Shown: positions 45,485 to 46,871 of the stretch, piece after piece
Position numbering within the stretch: the stretch's first letter is position 1
Layout: each line of letters starts with the position of its first letter
Assembly (NCBI GenBank): GCA_037128115.1
Contig: JBAXXB010000003.1
Coordinates: forward strand, 1-46,871
Direction of reading: 5' to 3'
DNA length: 46,871 nucleotides
Source of the DNA: Bacteroidota bacterium
Lineage (GTDB): Bacteria > Bacteroidota > Bacteroidia > Bacteroidales > UBA4417
Position numbers and translations under genes: made by a program
The notes under the pieces: model-generated
Databases searched by the model: none
Seen by the model: the letters and a program-made list of their open reading frames with translations, nothing else
Told to the model about the DNA's origin: nothing

Positions 45485-46871
45485 ATGAAAAATATACTCC
45501 GTATTCTACCGGCGATGTTATTGGGATTACTCCTGGTAGCAAATACGACCAGGGCAGAGCAGTATCATTATAAATCGGGCGTTGCAGCAGTAAAACAAAG
45601 CCTGGCCGCCGGATGCGCTCCGGGAGCAAACTTTAAATGGCTCGAAATTAACAATGTACGTTGCCGTATTAATACCGGTGGCGATATGTGGTGGGATTTT
45701 GAGACCGCACAATACGAGATCCCTAAAGGATCGAAAAAAATGTCCATGTTCTCGGCAGCCCTCTGGATTGGGGGACTAGATGCAAACGGACAGCTAAAGT
45801 TGGCAGCCTTGCGGTACCGCGGGGTGGGTAACGATTACTGGCCGGGCCCGCTCACCATTGATGGAACGGCTTCTATCAGCCCCGATATGTGTGCAAAATA
45901 TGATAAACTGCATTATGTCACCAGGGCCGAAGTGGATGATTTCCTGGCCTGGTACAATGATAAACCTGGTCATCCTGATTATGTGATTCCCACATCTATT
46001 TCGACTTACCCGGCTCACGGGGATGAATCAAAAGGACAAAGCTATTACCTGGCCCCTTTCTATGACAACGATCCTCCAGGATCCGATGGCCCTAACGGCT
46101 CATACGATCCGGCAAATGACGGTGACTACCCGTACTATGACCTTTCGAATGAACTTTGCCATACCAAGACCCCAACCGCTGAAGATATTTATTACAGCAA
46201 ACAGCAAACAGGTAACCTGGTTGACCAGGTATTGAAGGGTGATGCTACCCTCTGGTGGGTATTCAATGATAAAGGAAATATTCACAGCGAAACCGGTGGC
46301 CAGCCTATAGGTTTGGAAATAAGGGCCCAGGCCTTTGGGTTCTCGACCAACGACGAAATCAACAACATGACTTTCTACAGCTACGAAATCATCAACAGGT
46401 CAACATATCGCCTTACCCAGACATACTTCAGCCAGTGGGTGGATACCGACCTAGGATATGCCTGGGACGACTATGTAGGTTGTGATGTAATGCGTGGTTT
46501 GGGATACTGTTACAATGGTACAGCTGTTGATGGAAGCGGGCAGTCGTTTGCATACGGCAACCAGCCACCTGCTGTTGGGGTTGACTTTTTCCAGGGCCCT
46601 TATATTGATCATGATAAGTTAGGAAAGATAAACGGGGACAATCCTTCCCTGAAAGGCGATCCTACCTATCACCTCAAAGGATTTCCTGACCAGTTGTTCA
46701 CTGGCGGAGCTCAATTGGTGCTCTGGGATGGCGACACACTTGAAAAGATTGATGGTACTGATACAACCTTTAAGGTAATTAATTCGGCAGCTATCAATGG
46801 TATAAACTTCGGCAACGGTATCGAAGACGACGAACGTTTCGGTATGCGCAGGTTCGTATACCATAACAATG
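45485..46871 (+). CDS. Large exported protein, truncated by the window end (possible T9SS cargo)
   Basis: Absent from the ORF track because it has no stop in the window. ATG 45485 reads MKNILRILPAMLLGLLLVANTTRA..WLEINNVRCRINTGGDMWWD..YEIPKGS..LWIGGLD..DYWPGP and appears open to the end. Confidence 0.85.
   Translation, partial: MKNILRILPAMLLGLLLVANTTRAEQYHYKSGVAAVKQSLAAGCAPGANFKWLEINNVRCRINTGGDMWWDFETAQYEIPKGSKKMSMFSAALWIGGLDANGQLKLAALRYRGVGNDYWPGPLTIDGTASISPDMCAKYDKLHYVTRAEVDDFLAWYNDKPGHPDYVIPTSISTYPAHGDESKGQSYYLAPFYDNDPPGSDGPNGSYDPANDGDYPYYDLSNELCHTKTPTAEDIYYSKQQTGNLVDQVLKGDATLWWVFNDKGNIHSETGGQPIGLEIRAQAFGFSTNDEINNMTFYSYEIINRSTYRLTQTYFSQWVDTDLGYAWDDYVGCDVMRGLGYCYNGTAVDGSGQSFAYGNQPPAVGVDFFQGPYIDHDKLGKINGDNPSLKGDPTYHLKGFPDQLFTGGAQLVLWDGDTLEKIDGTDTTFKVINSAAINGINFGNGIEDDERFGMRRFVYHNN

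Noticed and set aside
45527-46864. Short track ORFs at the right end of the window
   Set aside because: They are explained by the long open + frame starting at 45485

Overview
Chromosomal segment of a Bacteroidota bacterium, probably Bacteroidales-like (TAnnTTTG -7 promoters, TonB-dependent receptors, many lipoproteins). I see no rRNA, tRNA, transposase, integrase or CRISPR array. There are five blocks. (1) 78-5119: miscellaneous genes. (2) 5397-13056: a general-stress/dormancy cluster (BON, SHOCT, baeRF3, cbpA-cbpM, two csbD, lipoproteins, lmo0937-like, porin) with four copies of an ~85-bp promoter element of invariant spacing, plus two simple-repeat arrays. (3) 13195-21726, minus strand: two paralogous lipoproteins, a TonB-dependent receptor, an exported protein with two molybdopterin-oxidoreductase-like domains, and wtpABC, with ModE-like boxes at both promoters. 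This is a candidate outer-membrane W/Mo (or pterin-cofactor) acquisition system. (4) 21850-37792: S9 peptidase and GGGP synthase, then a methyl-cycle cluster: metF-metH under a SAM-I riboswitch, an operon of TonB receptor + APC permease + signal-peptide-bearing SAM hydrolase behind an unrecognised structured leader, and ahcY. The operon is a candidate SAM-scavenging system. (5) 37872-end: small hypotheticals, a 21-bp repeat array, a REP-like doublet, a large TonB receptor and a truncated large exported protein. All family calls come from motif recognition by eye; no searches were run.
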